Both the position numbers and the translations under genes were made by a program. From PVC group bacterium (lineage in GTDB: Bacteria > Verrucomicrobiota > Kiritimatiellia > UBA8416 > PXDI01): a stretch of DNA of 38,055 bases. The stretch spans positions 1 to 38,055 of the forward strand of contig PXDI01000044.1 of NCBI GenBank assembly GCA_003565095.1. The letters run 5' to 3'. Positions 27,335 through 36,400 of the stretch are shown here, piece by piece (within the stretch, counting starts at the first letter, position 1; each line of letters starts with the position of its first letter). Under the pieces are notes generated by a model. The model saw only the letters and a program-made list of their open reading frames with translations, was not told the origin of the DNA and searched no databases.

Positions 27335-27363
27335 TTGAGAAGATTAGACCATAACTATAGATT
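27335..27363 (+). promoter_or_regulatory. Candidate promoter of the MNT-HEPN module (would give a near-leaderless mRNA)
   Basis: TTGAGA (27335-27340), a 17-nt spacer, then TAGATT (27358-27363). The ATG is at 27373 and no SD is visible. Confidence 0.3.
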
Positions 27364-27372
27364 CAACAACAT

Positions 27373-27717
27373 ATGAATCTCTCAAATAATAATCTAGAGG
27401 CCGCCCGTGAAGCTTTTCGCGTATATGCCGAAAGAGTGCGCGGACATTTTGGCCGACGGTTGGTAAAGATATTTCTTTTTGGATCAGCGGCACGCGGTGA
27501 CTGGGTAGCTGAATCGGATATTGATGTTTTGATTCTTCTGGAACAAGAAGAGGATAGCGATATGACATGGCTGGTTAAGACCGCCTACCAGACTGGGCTG
27601 GTCGAAAGACATTTGCTTTTGCAACCGGTAATGATGACAAAAGCCGAGTTTGACGAACTGGTGGCAAGAGAACGCAGATTTGCCACAGATGTATTGCAGG
27701 AGGGCATAGCGGCGTGA
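27373..27717 (+). CDS. Minimal nucleotidyltransferase (MNT) antitoxin of a HEPN-MNT module
   Basis: LFGSAARGDWVAESDIDVLILL matches the GSxxRG...DxD motif. 114 aa. 4-nt overlap with the HEPN gene. Confidence 0.8.
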   Translation: MNLSNNNLEAAREAFRVYAERVRGHFGRRLVKIFLFGSAARGDWVAESDIDVLILLEQEEDSDMTWLVKTAYQTGLVERHLLLQPVMMTKAEFDELVARERRFATDVLQEGIAA

Positions 27718-28106
27718 CAGAACAAAACGGACGGGAAAACGCCATTGATGAAGCACGCAAGGGCGACGAATGCCTTGCTGAAGCCCGCTATCTCGTGGAT
27801 GGCAAATTTTATAATGCGGCCGTTTCACGAGCATATTATGCGGCTTTCCACTGGACCCTCGCATTGCTGATGCTCAAGGGACTGCAACCAAAAACACATC
27901 GCGGAGCAATTCAATTACTTCATCTGCATTATATTGAAAATGGCCGTTTGCCACTGCATGCCGGCACATCTCTGGCGGAACTTGAGACTTACCGGGAACT
28001 GAGTGATTATAACAGCAAGGCTTCTTTTGATGCCAAGCGAGCGGATCAGGAAATTCTCAGAGCTGATGAGTTTATAAAAGCCTGCCGGGGCTTGAATTTG
28101 ATTTAG
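27714..28106 (+). CDS. HEPN-domain protein (putative RNase toxin)
   Basis: YNAAVSRAYYAAFHWTLALL helix and KTHRGAIQLLH (an R-x6-H type motif). 130 aa. Confidence 0.8.
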   Translation: MTEQNGRENAIDEARKGDECLAEARYLVDGKFYNAAVSRAYYAAFHWTLALLMLKGLQPKTHRGAIQLLHLHYIENGRLPLHAGTSLAELETYRELSDYNSKASFDAKRADQEILRADEFIKACRGLNLI

Positions 28107-29049
28107 CCATCAACTCCCCCGTCTGCGCGTATATCCGGGCCGGGCATTCGCCGAAAGGATCGAGTTTACGCATTTGCTTAAAGACCTCCGACTCTTCATA
28201 CAGCCGCACAAAATCAAAATCGGCGGACCGCAAATTACCGCAAGGCAGGTCCAGAAATCCGCATGGCTGCAGTTCACCGATGTGCGAAATAAAAACAAAG
28301 CCGCGCCCGCCCATGCAGCCGCGGAACGGCGGCAACGGCCGTCCTTGATCATCCGCCTGCCGGAAATGACGATATTGCGGGGCACAGGTGGTTTTGATCC
28401 GCAGAGGAGCACCGCGTTCCTGTTCAGCAATCCAGCGCAGCGCCTCGTCGCGCGCATCCGCAGCCAGAGCCAGATCCGCCAGCTCCGCCCCGCGTCCGGC
28501 GGGCACCAGAAAAAAGAAATCCATCGTCGCGGCCCCCATGGCAATCGCTTTTTCAAGAATCCGCGGCAATTCATTCACGTTGAGTTTAGAGACTGTGGTG
28601 TTGATCTGAAAAGGCATTCCGGCCGCTTTCAGACACTCGATACCTTCCATGGTTTTTTCATACGCCCCCGCTACGCCGCGAAATTCATCATGCGCCTGCG
28701 GCGTTGCCGCATCCAGACTGACGCTGACCGCCAGCACTCCGCTGGTTTTCAGTTTCTCCACTGTTTGCGGCGAAAGCAGGTGTCCGCAGGTTGCCAGCAC
28801 CACCCGGCAGCCGTTTTGGGCGGCATACCCGGCAATCGCGAAGATATCGTCACGCATCAACGGCTCGCCGCCGGTAAGGATAATCAGCGGGCGCGAAACC
28901 CGTACCAATGCATCCACGGTTTTAAAACATTCTGCGGTAGAGAATTCCCCGGCATAATCCATATCATGCGCCGCTCCGCGGCAATGCCGGCATTTCAATG
29001 CACAGCGCCGCGTCACCTCCCAGGCAATTACTTGCGGTATGTGGTTCAT
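28072..29049 (-). CDS. ahbC: NirJ-family radical SAM enzyme of the Ahb pathway (tentatively AhbC, Fe-coproporphyrin III synthase)
   Basis: CALKCRHC radical SAM motif (Cx3Cx2C) and GGEPL. The C-terminal auxiliary region is reduced to CMGG...GELQPC...C...GEC. Context is next to ahbAB and a second NirJ-like gene. The AhbC versus AhbD assignment is tentative. Confidence 0.6.
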   Translation of the reverse strand: MNHIPQVIAWEVTRRCALKCRHCRGAAHDMDYAGEFSTAECFKTVDALVRVSRPLIILTGGEPLMRDDIFAIAGYAAQNGCRVVLATCGHLLSPQTVEKLKTSGVLAVSVSLDAATPQAHDEFRGVAGAYEKTMEGIECLKAAGMPFQINTTVSKLNVNELPRILEKAIAMGAATMDFFFLVPAGRGAELADLALAADARDEALRWIAEQERGAPLRIKTTCAPQYRHFRQADDQGRPLPPFRGCMGGRGFVFISHIGELQPCGFLDLPCGNLRSADFDFVRLYEESEVFKQMRKLDPFGECPARIYAQTGELMAKSNSSPGRLL

Positions 29050-29103
29050 TGGTAATTCATCTGTATATGTTGATTAAGCCGCGCATCCATGCGCTGATCG
29101 GAT

Positions 29104-29360
29104 TGAGAGATACGTGTGTAAGAGTAGGTGTAAGAGTATGTGCCGACAAGGGCATCCGCTGTACTCGTACACTTCCTCTTACACTCAAATCAAGAATTCC
29201 GCAAACGATTCTCCGCCAAATACGGATGCTTTTGATCCAATCGAAATTAACCGAGAGAGATACGTGTGTAAGAGTACGTGCAAAAGTACGTGACAGCAAG
29301 TGCATACCCCCGTACTCGTACACTTACTCTTACACTCAAATCTCCCCATTCCCCAGACGA
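29104..29360. repeat. Two tandem, diverged copies (period 150 bp) of a hairpin-forming element built from GTGTAAGAGTA-like 11-mers
   Basis: Copy 1 has 11-mers at 29115-29125 and 29127-29137 (direct), and at 29161-29171 and 29173-29183 (inverted). Copy 2 has them at 29265-29275 and 29277-29287 (direct), and at 29312-29322 and 29324-29334 (inverted). Both share GAGAGATACGTGTGTAAGAGTA on the left and CTCTTACACTCAAATC on the right, plus a similar ATTCC(G/C)CA(A/G)ACGATT tail. Confidence 0.75.
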
Positions 29361-29379
29361 TTAAAGAGCCGAGACCTTT

Positions 29380-30564
29380 TCAGGCTGAAATCTCCTCATC
29401 CGTCAAATAGCAGGCGGGGTCGACACCCCAGAAGCGGCCGGTGGCGGCCACTGCCCGCGCGCGGAAATTTCCGCCGCAGACGGACAGAAAACGGCACTTC
29501 ACACATTTGCCGGTCACATGTGCGGACTTGTTGCGCAATGCTGCCAGCATCTGATTATCCGGATCGGTCCAGATGCGGCTGAACGGCTGTTCGCGCACAT
29601 TCCCCTGCGGGTAATCGCGCAGAAACTGATCCGGATAAACGGTTCCGTCCCAACTGACGCAGCCGATGCCGTGTCCGCTGCTGTTGCCGCCGTTCATTTG
29701 CAGCAGTTCCAGCACCCGTGCGGCATCCGCCGCGCGCCCATCATTGAGCAGCCGCAGATAAATATAAGGCCCGTCACAATGATTGTCCACCGTCAGCACC
29801 TCTTTGCGCATTCCGCGTGCATGCATCGCGGCGGTGCGTTCCAGAATCAAATCAAGCGCGCGGCGGGTCCGGATGTGCGACAGATCATCATCCGCAATGT
29901 TCTTAGCGCGACCGCTGGGCACCATATGATAAAAGCAGACGCGCGGGATATCTTCGGATTCAAGCAGATCAAAGATACCGGGCAGGTCATCGATATTATG
30001 ACGGGTGATCGTATAACGCAGTCCGACCTTGAGCCCGGCCTGGCGGCAGGCGCGCACCCCGGCCAATGCCTGCTCAAACGCACCGTCTTTGCCGCGGAAG
30101 CGGTCATTTGTCGGCTGTAAACCGTCGAGACTAATGCCGACATACGCAAGACCGATCTTCTTCAGGCGCGCAGCAACACGCTCGTCGATCAGTGTGCCAT
30201 TGGTGGAAACAACCGCCCGCAGGCCCTTGGCTACGGCATACTCAGCCAGTTCCGGTAAATCTTCACGGCACAGCGGCTCGCCACCGGAGAACAGCAGAAC
30301 CGGCGCTCCGAACTGTGCCAGATCATCGATCAGCGCACAGCCTTCAGCAAACGACATTTCATCCGCCGCGGGCTGATTTCCGGCATGTGCATAGCAATGG
30401 ATGCACTTCAGGTTGCAGGCGCGCGTGCAGTTCCACACCACCACCGGTTGCTTGTCCGCCGAAAACTGCAGCAAATGCCCGGGCAGCGCCCCCGAGCGCC
30501 GCCCGTAACGCAACACATCCGACGGCTCAACCGTCCCGCAATAAAGTTTTGATATTCCGATCAT
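29380..30564 (-). CDS. ahbD: NirJ-family radical SAM/SPASM enzyme of the Ahb pathway (tentatively AhbD, heme synthase)
   Basis: CNLKCIHC radical SAM motif, and C-terminal CVKCRFLSVCGGNFRARA...DPAC (Cx2Cx5Cx21C auxiliary-cluster motif). 394 aa. The AhbD versus AhbC assignment is tentative. Confidence 0.6.
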   Translation of the reverse strand: MIGISKLYCGTVEPSDVLRYGRRSGALPGHLLQFSADKQPVVVWNCTRACNLKCIHCYAHAGNQPAADEMSFAEGCALIDDLAQFGAPVLLFSGGEPLCREDLPELAEYAVAKGLRAVVSTNGTLIDERVAARLKKIGLAYVGISLDGLQPTNDRFRGKDGAFEQALAGVRACRQAGLKVGLRYTITRHNIDDLPGIFDLLESEDIPRVCFYHMVPSGRAKNIADDDLSHIRTRRALDLILERTAAMHARGMRKEVLTVDNHCDGPYIYLRLLNDGRAADAARVLELLQMNGGNSSGHGIGCVSWDGTVYPDQFLRDYPQGNVREQPFSRIWTDPDNQMLAALRNKSAHVTGKCVKCRFLSVCGGNFRARAVAATGRFWGVDPACYLTDEEISA

Positions 30565-30582
30565 CCAGTCTGCTTATTTGTC

Positions 30583-32943
30583 CTAAATACCATACCGTAA
30601 CATGCCTCCGGTGATATTGCTATTTACCTTTTCGTCATTCATGCGAAGTTCCGGATTGCCGGCTACACGAATGACCAGGTTTTTCACATCACCGCGCACA
30701 TCAACTATGTCAGTGCCGATACGCACAAAACCGTGACCGGTAAAGGTAAAACTTTCTTCTCCGTCGCTGAGTGTAACCGGTTTATCAACCGTGGCGCCCC
30801 ACGCAAAAAGCAAGCGATCATTCACCGCGCTGCCAGTACGACCGCTTACTCGCACTGCCAGCGCTTCCGCAGTCTGCTGAATGCGCTCATAGTTGGCAAC
30901 CTGCGCGGCAGCGGCCCCGCCCTCAAACGGCTCATGCAAGACCGCAAAGACAACCGACGGCGCGTCGCGACTGGCGAGAACACTCACCCCCTGCGCATCT
31001 TCCCCGATTCCGGGCGGACGCGATCCCAGCACCAATGTGTCCTCTTCGCCCAGCATATGTATTTTCACGCCCACTTGACGGGGATTTTCCGGATTTACCT
31101 CATCCTGTAATACGACCGCGGTCCAGTCGGCGGTTTCCGGATGCATCACATGCATGTCGGTAAGATGCGGACGTTCAATTTTGCGCGGTTTATCCCACTC
31201 TGCCGCCGGCATCCATGGCGCGCCGTCCAGCCCCTGTAAGCGGCCGATCGCCAGCACCTGCCAGTCATAGGTGCGCTGACGCGGTGAGGATAACTGAAAA
31301 ACATCAAACAGGTACTGATCGGTCAGCAAGAACGCGCGCTCCTGATTTACATCAGGATAAACACCTGCGGCCTGTACCGCGGTAAAACGGACCGGGCCCT
31401 CGAAGCCAGTGCGCACACGGTGATTAGGAGTGCCGTGATTACCGCGATCAACCGGGCTGGCACGCAGACCGTCGACCACCACCCCGCTATGGCCGCGGAC
31501 GTGATTACGCCAGGCATCGCCGCCGGCATATCCGCGCGCGGTATTACCCATGCGGTCATACAGCAGCCGATTATGCGCAACATACTGCATCAGCGCAAAG
31601 CAGTCATGCACGTAATGCACGTAATACATGCCGAATTGCAGCGCCACCGCCGGACGCGGCGATTCCCAATAGTCTGGTGAATGATCCATCCGCAACAGCG
31701 CAAACCCGCGCTCACGCGATGCATATGAGCCGCCCGTCGGAGCCGGCGGCTTGACTTGATTGACAGCAATCGGCTCCAGCCCCCAGTAGAGACTCGGCAG
31801 ATAAGTATCCTCACCGGGCATCCGAAGCTGCGCCAGAAAATAATCAAAGCCGGCATCAGGAAAGCGGCGCTGACCGATTTCATACCACAGCGGAACCCCG
31901 AGTTTCGGCAACGGCCCGTTCATGTGTGAAGAGCTCCAGATGCGGCTGCCGCCGCGGCCCTGCGCATCGCGGGCGCCAATGAAACCGGTATTGCCCGCGT
32001 CACCCATGGTTAAGGCCGGTATTCTGGAAGTTCCGCCCTTTACGGCTTCAAGACGCGGATAACCGATCCGCGGCAGCATTTCCAGATGCTTGCGCATTGT
32101 CGCCCCGCCGCGACCGGTGTAACCGTATCCGAGCTGCCCGAGATTCAGCCGCTCCAGCGCCTCACAATACATCAGCATTGTTCCGATATTGGAGTAATAC
32201 TTACCGAACTCCTCCATATAGAAACCGTCCTCACACAGATATTCATCCAGATACCATTTATATCCGCCGTCAGATTCAAACATTGCAAGGATCAGTTCCG
32301 GATCCTGCAATGCCACCGCCATCAGGTGTGTACCGATCGGTCGCGGCCAATGCATATTCGGCAGCCAGCTCATACGGTCATAACGGAAATCGGGATGGCG
32401 CGGCAGACCGCCGTCGAGATGGAACTGGATATAATCCTTCATGGCCCGTTCGACACCCTGCCGCTCTTCGTCGGTCAGCAGATGATAAAGCACATCATAC
32501 CGCAGCGTATTCAACGTCTGTTCATCGCGCTGATGACTGTCGCCGGCGGACGGCATACCGACATTCCATTTCAATGATTTCAGATCGATGTCCCACGTCA
32601 TCGGCTCCGGCTTACGCCCGACAAAACCGCGCAGATTATTCAATTCACGCTGTCCGGCTTCTTCATCGCCCATGACCATGTAATTAAACAGATTAAGCAT
32701 CGTCCGGTTACCGCGCCCGATATCGGTTGCCTGCATATTCTCATACTGGCGGCGGGCCGCCGGATCATTCTCAATCCGCTGCCGCAGCTCCGCGGCCTCA
32801 TCCGCTGTCCACAGCAGAAACGGCCGATCAACGGCACGAAACGAATCAACGGATACACGCTCCCCGGCCACACCCGGCATAGTCACACCAAATACAATCA
32901 ATAATCCAACCGCCACCGACATTACATTTCTACTACCCGGCAT
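30583..32943 (-). CDS. Secreted heparinase II/III-like (alginate-lyase-fold plus beta-sandwich) family protein
   Basis: Signal peptide MSVAVGLLIVFGVTMPGVAG. The N-terminal DRPFLLWTADEAAELRQRI... is typical of an (alpha/alpha) toroid lyase N-domain. HYVHDCFALMQYVAHNRLLYDRMG resembles the heparinase II/III signature. AAGGAG lies 8 nt before the ATG. The family call is from motif memory only. Confidence 0.5.
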   Translation of the reverse strand: MPGSRNVMSVAVGLLIVFGVTMPGVAGERVSVDSFRAVDRPFLLWTADEAAELRQRIENDPAARRQYENMQATDIGRGNRTMLNLFNYMVMGDEEAGQRELNNLRGFVGRKPEPMTWDIDLKSLKWNVGMPSAGDSHQRDEQTLNTLRYDVLYHLLTDEERQGVERAMKDYIQFHLDGGLPRHPDFRYDRMSWLPNMHWPRPIGTHLMAVALQDPELILAMFESDGGYKWYLDEYLCEDGFYMEEFGKYYSNIGTMLMYCEALERLNLGQLGYGYTGRGGATMRKHLEMLPRIGYPRLEAVKGGTSRIPALTMGDAGNTGFIGARDAQGRGGSRIWSSSHMNGPLPKLGVPLWYEIGQRRFPDAGFDYFLAQLRMPGEDTYLPSLYWGLEPIAVNQVKPPAPTGGSYASRERGFALLRMDHSPDYWESPRPAVALQFGMYYVHYVHDCFALMQYVAHNRLLYDRMGNTARGYAGGDAWRNHVRGHSGVVVDGLRASPVDRGNHGTPNHRVRTGFEGPVRFTAVQAAGVYPDVNQERAFLLTDQYLFDVFQLSSPRQRTYDWQVLAIGRLQGLDGAPWMPAAEWDKPRKIERPHLTDMHVMHPETADWTAVVLQDEVNPENPRQVGVKIHMLGEEDTLVLGSRPPGIGEDAQGVSVLASRDAPSVVFAVLHEPFEGGAAAAQVANYERIQQTAEALAVRVSGRTGSAVNDRLLFAWGATVDKPVTLSDGEESFTFTGHGFVRIGTDIVDVRGDVKNLVIRVAGNPELRMNDEKVNSNITGGMLRYGI

Positions 32944-33040
32944 TATGCTGTCTCCTTTCGTCTATATGGATAACGCTGTCAATAATGCATAAATCATACC
33001 AGAATGTGCAGCAATATACACCAAAAGTTATCTATTGCGC

Positions 33041-33117
33041 AAAATCGGGTTGGATTCTCCCAAAGTAGTGCAAGCTTCCAGCTTGTTGGGAAAACATTCC
33101 AAATCCAACCGGATTTT
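33041..33117. repeat. 77-bp imperfect palindrome (three nested stems) in a 466-bp divergent intergenic region
   Basis: AAAATCGGGTTGGATT (33041-33056) versus AATCCAACCGGATTTT (33102-33117), 15/16 complementary. TCCCAA (33058-33063) pairs with TTGGGA (33086-33091). Central CAAGCT-tcc-AGCTTG lies at 33071-33085. Confidence 0.6.
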
Positions 33118-33225
33118 GTGTTAGCAGAAAAACATCATTCTGCAATCCGGCTGAGAGCAACACCATATCAGCGCCTCAACCTTCGTCCATTTCTCCGGCA
33201 TATGGCATAAAATCTGCTTTTGTTC

Positions 33226-33245
33226 ATTTATTAATATTTATTAAT
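33226..33245. repeat. Perfect tandem duplication of ATTTATTAAT (AT-rich, possible promoter or UP-like element)
   Basis: ATTTATTAAT at 33226-33235 is repeated at 33236-33245, about 165 bp upstream of the GTG start at 33410. Confidence 0.5.
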
Positions 33246-33409
33246 AGCGGATGCGTCGTTTTATGTATAACGGCAGGCGAAAAGAGTGGCGGCAAAAGAG
33301 TGCCGTCAATAGCTAAGGAACGGAAGCCTGTCGGCCTTTGGCGAGCGGGTGAAAACGATCCGCAAAGCTCTTTAGCCTGAATTATTCACGAGTCGGGAAT
33401 ATAACTTAA

Positions 33410-36400
33410 GTGCACAATATCATTAGAATTCTGCTTACTGTAATATTGTTCGCTGCGCAGATTCCATACACTATGCGGGTTTATGCGGATGTAGCCCCGC
33501 TGCCGTTAAGCAGGACTCCCCGGATTATTTTCAAGGGTGCGACGGCGCAGGATCGCGTCAGCGAGGTGGATGAACTGCTGCGGCGCATGTATCCCAAGGC
33601 GGCGCATGATGAACGTTTGTTTGTGGAGTTGACCAGTCATCTGGCGCAAACGGCGGTACCGGATGAAAGCGGGCGGTTGTGTATTCATCCGCGGGTCTGG
33701 GCGGCAGCCCTGGCGCAGCACAACCGTTGTGCCCATCTGATTATTGAGCTGCGGCGCTTTCCGATGCCGCCGCCGTTTAGCGCCTATCTGGAAAAACATG
33801 TCGTTGACCTTATTCTGCGTGACAGTATAGATGTCGGCAACGAATGGTTTCTGGCAATGGCGGGGTTTACCAGAGCGGAAAGCACGGTGCTGGAGCAGCC
33901 GACACCCGGCTCAGTGACCGGATGGCTGCAGGCGAATGTGCCCGACTATGCGCAGTGGCATCCGCTGGCGCAAAAGACACTGCTTGACGCGCTGGCCCGC
34001 ATCAACCCGAATTTCTGTCTTGACGGTCTGCTTGTTTTTGACCGGCTGCCGGACACACAAACACACGATGCCGCGACTGTTCCGGACGGGCGGGGCCGTT
34101 ATTATGTTTACACTTACAGGATAATTGATCCCGCCGCTCCGCTTGTCATTCCGCCAGTCAGTATGCTGCAAGGGTTGCAAACCCTGCAGCACGCCGATTT
34201 ATCGGATTTTGCCGAATTCGATCTGCGCACCCTGCCGGCGGAAGATGTCCGTATGCTGGATCTTTCGCATACCGCCTTTGATAATCCCGCCGCACTGACG
34301 CCGTTTAGGGCGCTGCAATCCCTGCGTTTACGCGGTACGCCATTGAACGAAGCAACGCTGCCGGAGAACCTCCCGCTGACAACACTCGACATCTCCGAAA
34401 CCGCGGTGACAGATTTGACGCCGCTGAAAGGTCTGCCGCTGGAGCATCTCTCAATCCGCGCAACCAATATTACCGATCCGGCGCCACTGGCTGAATTTCG
34501 GCGGCTGAAAACACTTGATATGCAGGAAACTCTGATTGAATCGCTGTCACCGCTGGCGGATTTGAAGCTTGAAGAACTGCTGCTTGACCGCAAACCCTGG
34601 CCTGATATGAAGGTTATCGAGCATATCGGCACGTTGCGGACAGTCTCCGATTACCCTCCGAAAGACTGGTTGGCCGGTACAGCAGACAGCAAGTGGCGGC
34701 AGCCGGCACGGGTGCGGCTGCCGGGAATGCGAGGCGGCAGAGAGATCGCACTGACACTTGACAGCCGCGGAGACAATCCGGCAGCCCCTCCTTCAATTGT
34801 TGAACGTACACGGCTGTTCTTCCGTTTTGACGAGGAGGGCGAACTGAACCGGGCGTATGCCACCGAAGATGGCGAATATAATATCATCTACATTTTTGAT
34901 CCGTTGCTGCTCAAACAGGAGGGCGACAAACTGATCTGTGAGGCGGTGGTGAATCTGGCTCACGGTTCCAAGAACCGCAACCCCTACACCGGCCGGGTTC
35001 CGCTGTATGAGTACAAATTAACAATGACGCAGAACGGCAAAGCGGTCAGAGGCGCTTTTGACCTGCGTTATGAAATCGAGGTATTCGATCCGCACGCCGG
35101 TTTCCGTGTTGATGTTATCGAGCAATCAGGCACTTTGACCGGGACCTTGCTGCCGGTTGATCATAAAAAGGAACGGACCAGTGATCTGGCCTTAGAGGCG
35201 CAGTGGCCGTCCTGGCGCGGTCCGCACGGGAACGGTGCGGCGGCACTGGAGGGCAAGCCCGCTTATCTGCGGCGGGCGCCACTGGTATGGGTTTCGCACG
35301 CGGCAATACCGGCTTCGGCTGCCAAAGACAGCCGTGCGCCGTTTTCGCGGGGCGAAACCGGGCTTTCCGGCGGCTATGGCGGACCGATTGTCTACAGTGG
35401 ACTGGTTTATACAGCTTACTACCGGCCAACGCGCGGGGCGGTTTTTGACCGGAAACTGGTCGAACGGCATATTACACGGCACGGCTACGGACGTGACAAA
35501 TGGCATATCGAGGCGGATGACGTAATTGTCGCGATGGACGCGACTGACGGCACTGTGCGCTGGAAGCGTGTTTTTCCGCGCCGCGGAATGAATTTCAACG
35601 GCTTTAATGAGGATCGTTCGCAGCCGCTTATGACGCCTTGCGCTGATGACGGGCGCGTATTTTTTACCGGTTCCGGCGGCTGGGTTTATGGGCTGGACGC
35701 ACACAGCGGCCGGACGCTGTGGATTTCCGCGCTGGGTGAGCGAACTCGCATGATCGACGCAGTGCGCGAAAAGGCTGTCCGGGAAGCGAAGCTGCCGCGT
35801 TTCCGCGCGGATTTCGGCAGTGCTCCGGTTGTGGCCGGCGGCACGCTGGTCTTGAACGACCACGTCGAATATATGGGAGGTCAGCGGAAAAGATTGAGCG
35901 GACTGACCGGCCTTGACCCGGAAACCGGCCGCGTGCGCTGGCATTTGCCGGAGGTTTGCGGACTGACGGTTTCCCCAGTAACATGGCGTTTTGAAGATAA
36001 AGAGTATGTGCTGGTTTCCGGAGAGGATAAGATCACCTGCGCAGACCCGGAGAACGGACGGATTATCTGGACCCTGCCGGGCTTTATGTACTATTTCACT
36101 CCGGGTTTGCATGGCGACATTCTGGTGGCTCAGAAAAAAAACGGCGGCAGATTGCACGGATTCCGCATGAACACGACCGGTGCGCACAAGCTTTGGCGCA
36201 GCCGGGATGCCGAATTACACATGACCACCGCCGTGCCGGCAACCGTGGACGGCAATATATGGTTCCAGATGCAGCACACGGCCCGGCTTGAGCAGCGGAT
36301 GGTTTGTGTTGATGCCGAAACCGGGCTGCTGCGCAGCGGGATGGTTTCGACAGACCCGGCACCGGCGGCCATGACCGGCATCGGTTCGGTTATACTGGGC

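Noticed and set aside
28174-29055. 293-aa plus-strand ORF antisense to the ahbC-like gene; likewise 15723..16445, 22798..23376, 23824..24447, 24562..25473, 35192..36187 and 37430..37885
   Set aside because: All lie wholly inside confidently assigned genes on the other strand. They have low-complexity Arg/Pro/Ser/Ala-rich translations with no recognisable motifs.
29104-29360. Possible CRISPR array between ahbD and ahbC
   Set aside because: There are only two units with a 150-bp period, the units are diverged rather than identical, each is internally palindromic, and no cas genes or leader are present. I called it a tandem repeat element instead.
33004-33210. 68-aa ORF in the lyase/LRR intergenic region
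   Set aside because: It has no SD, the translation has no features, and the frame is built across the 77-bp palindrome. It is more likely regulatory or structural DNA.
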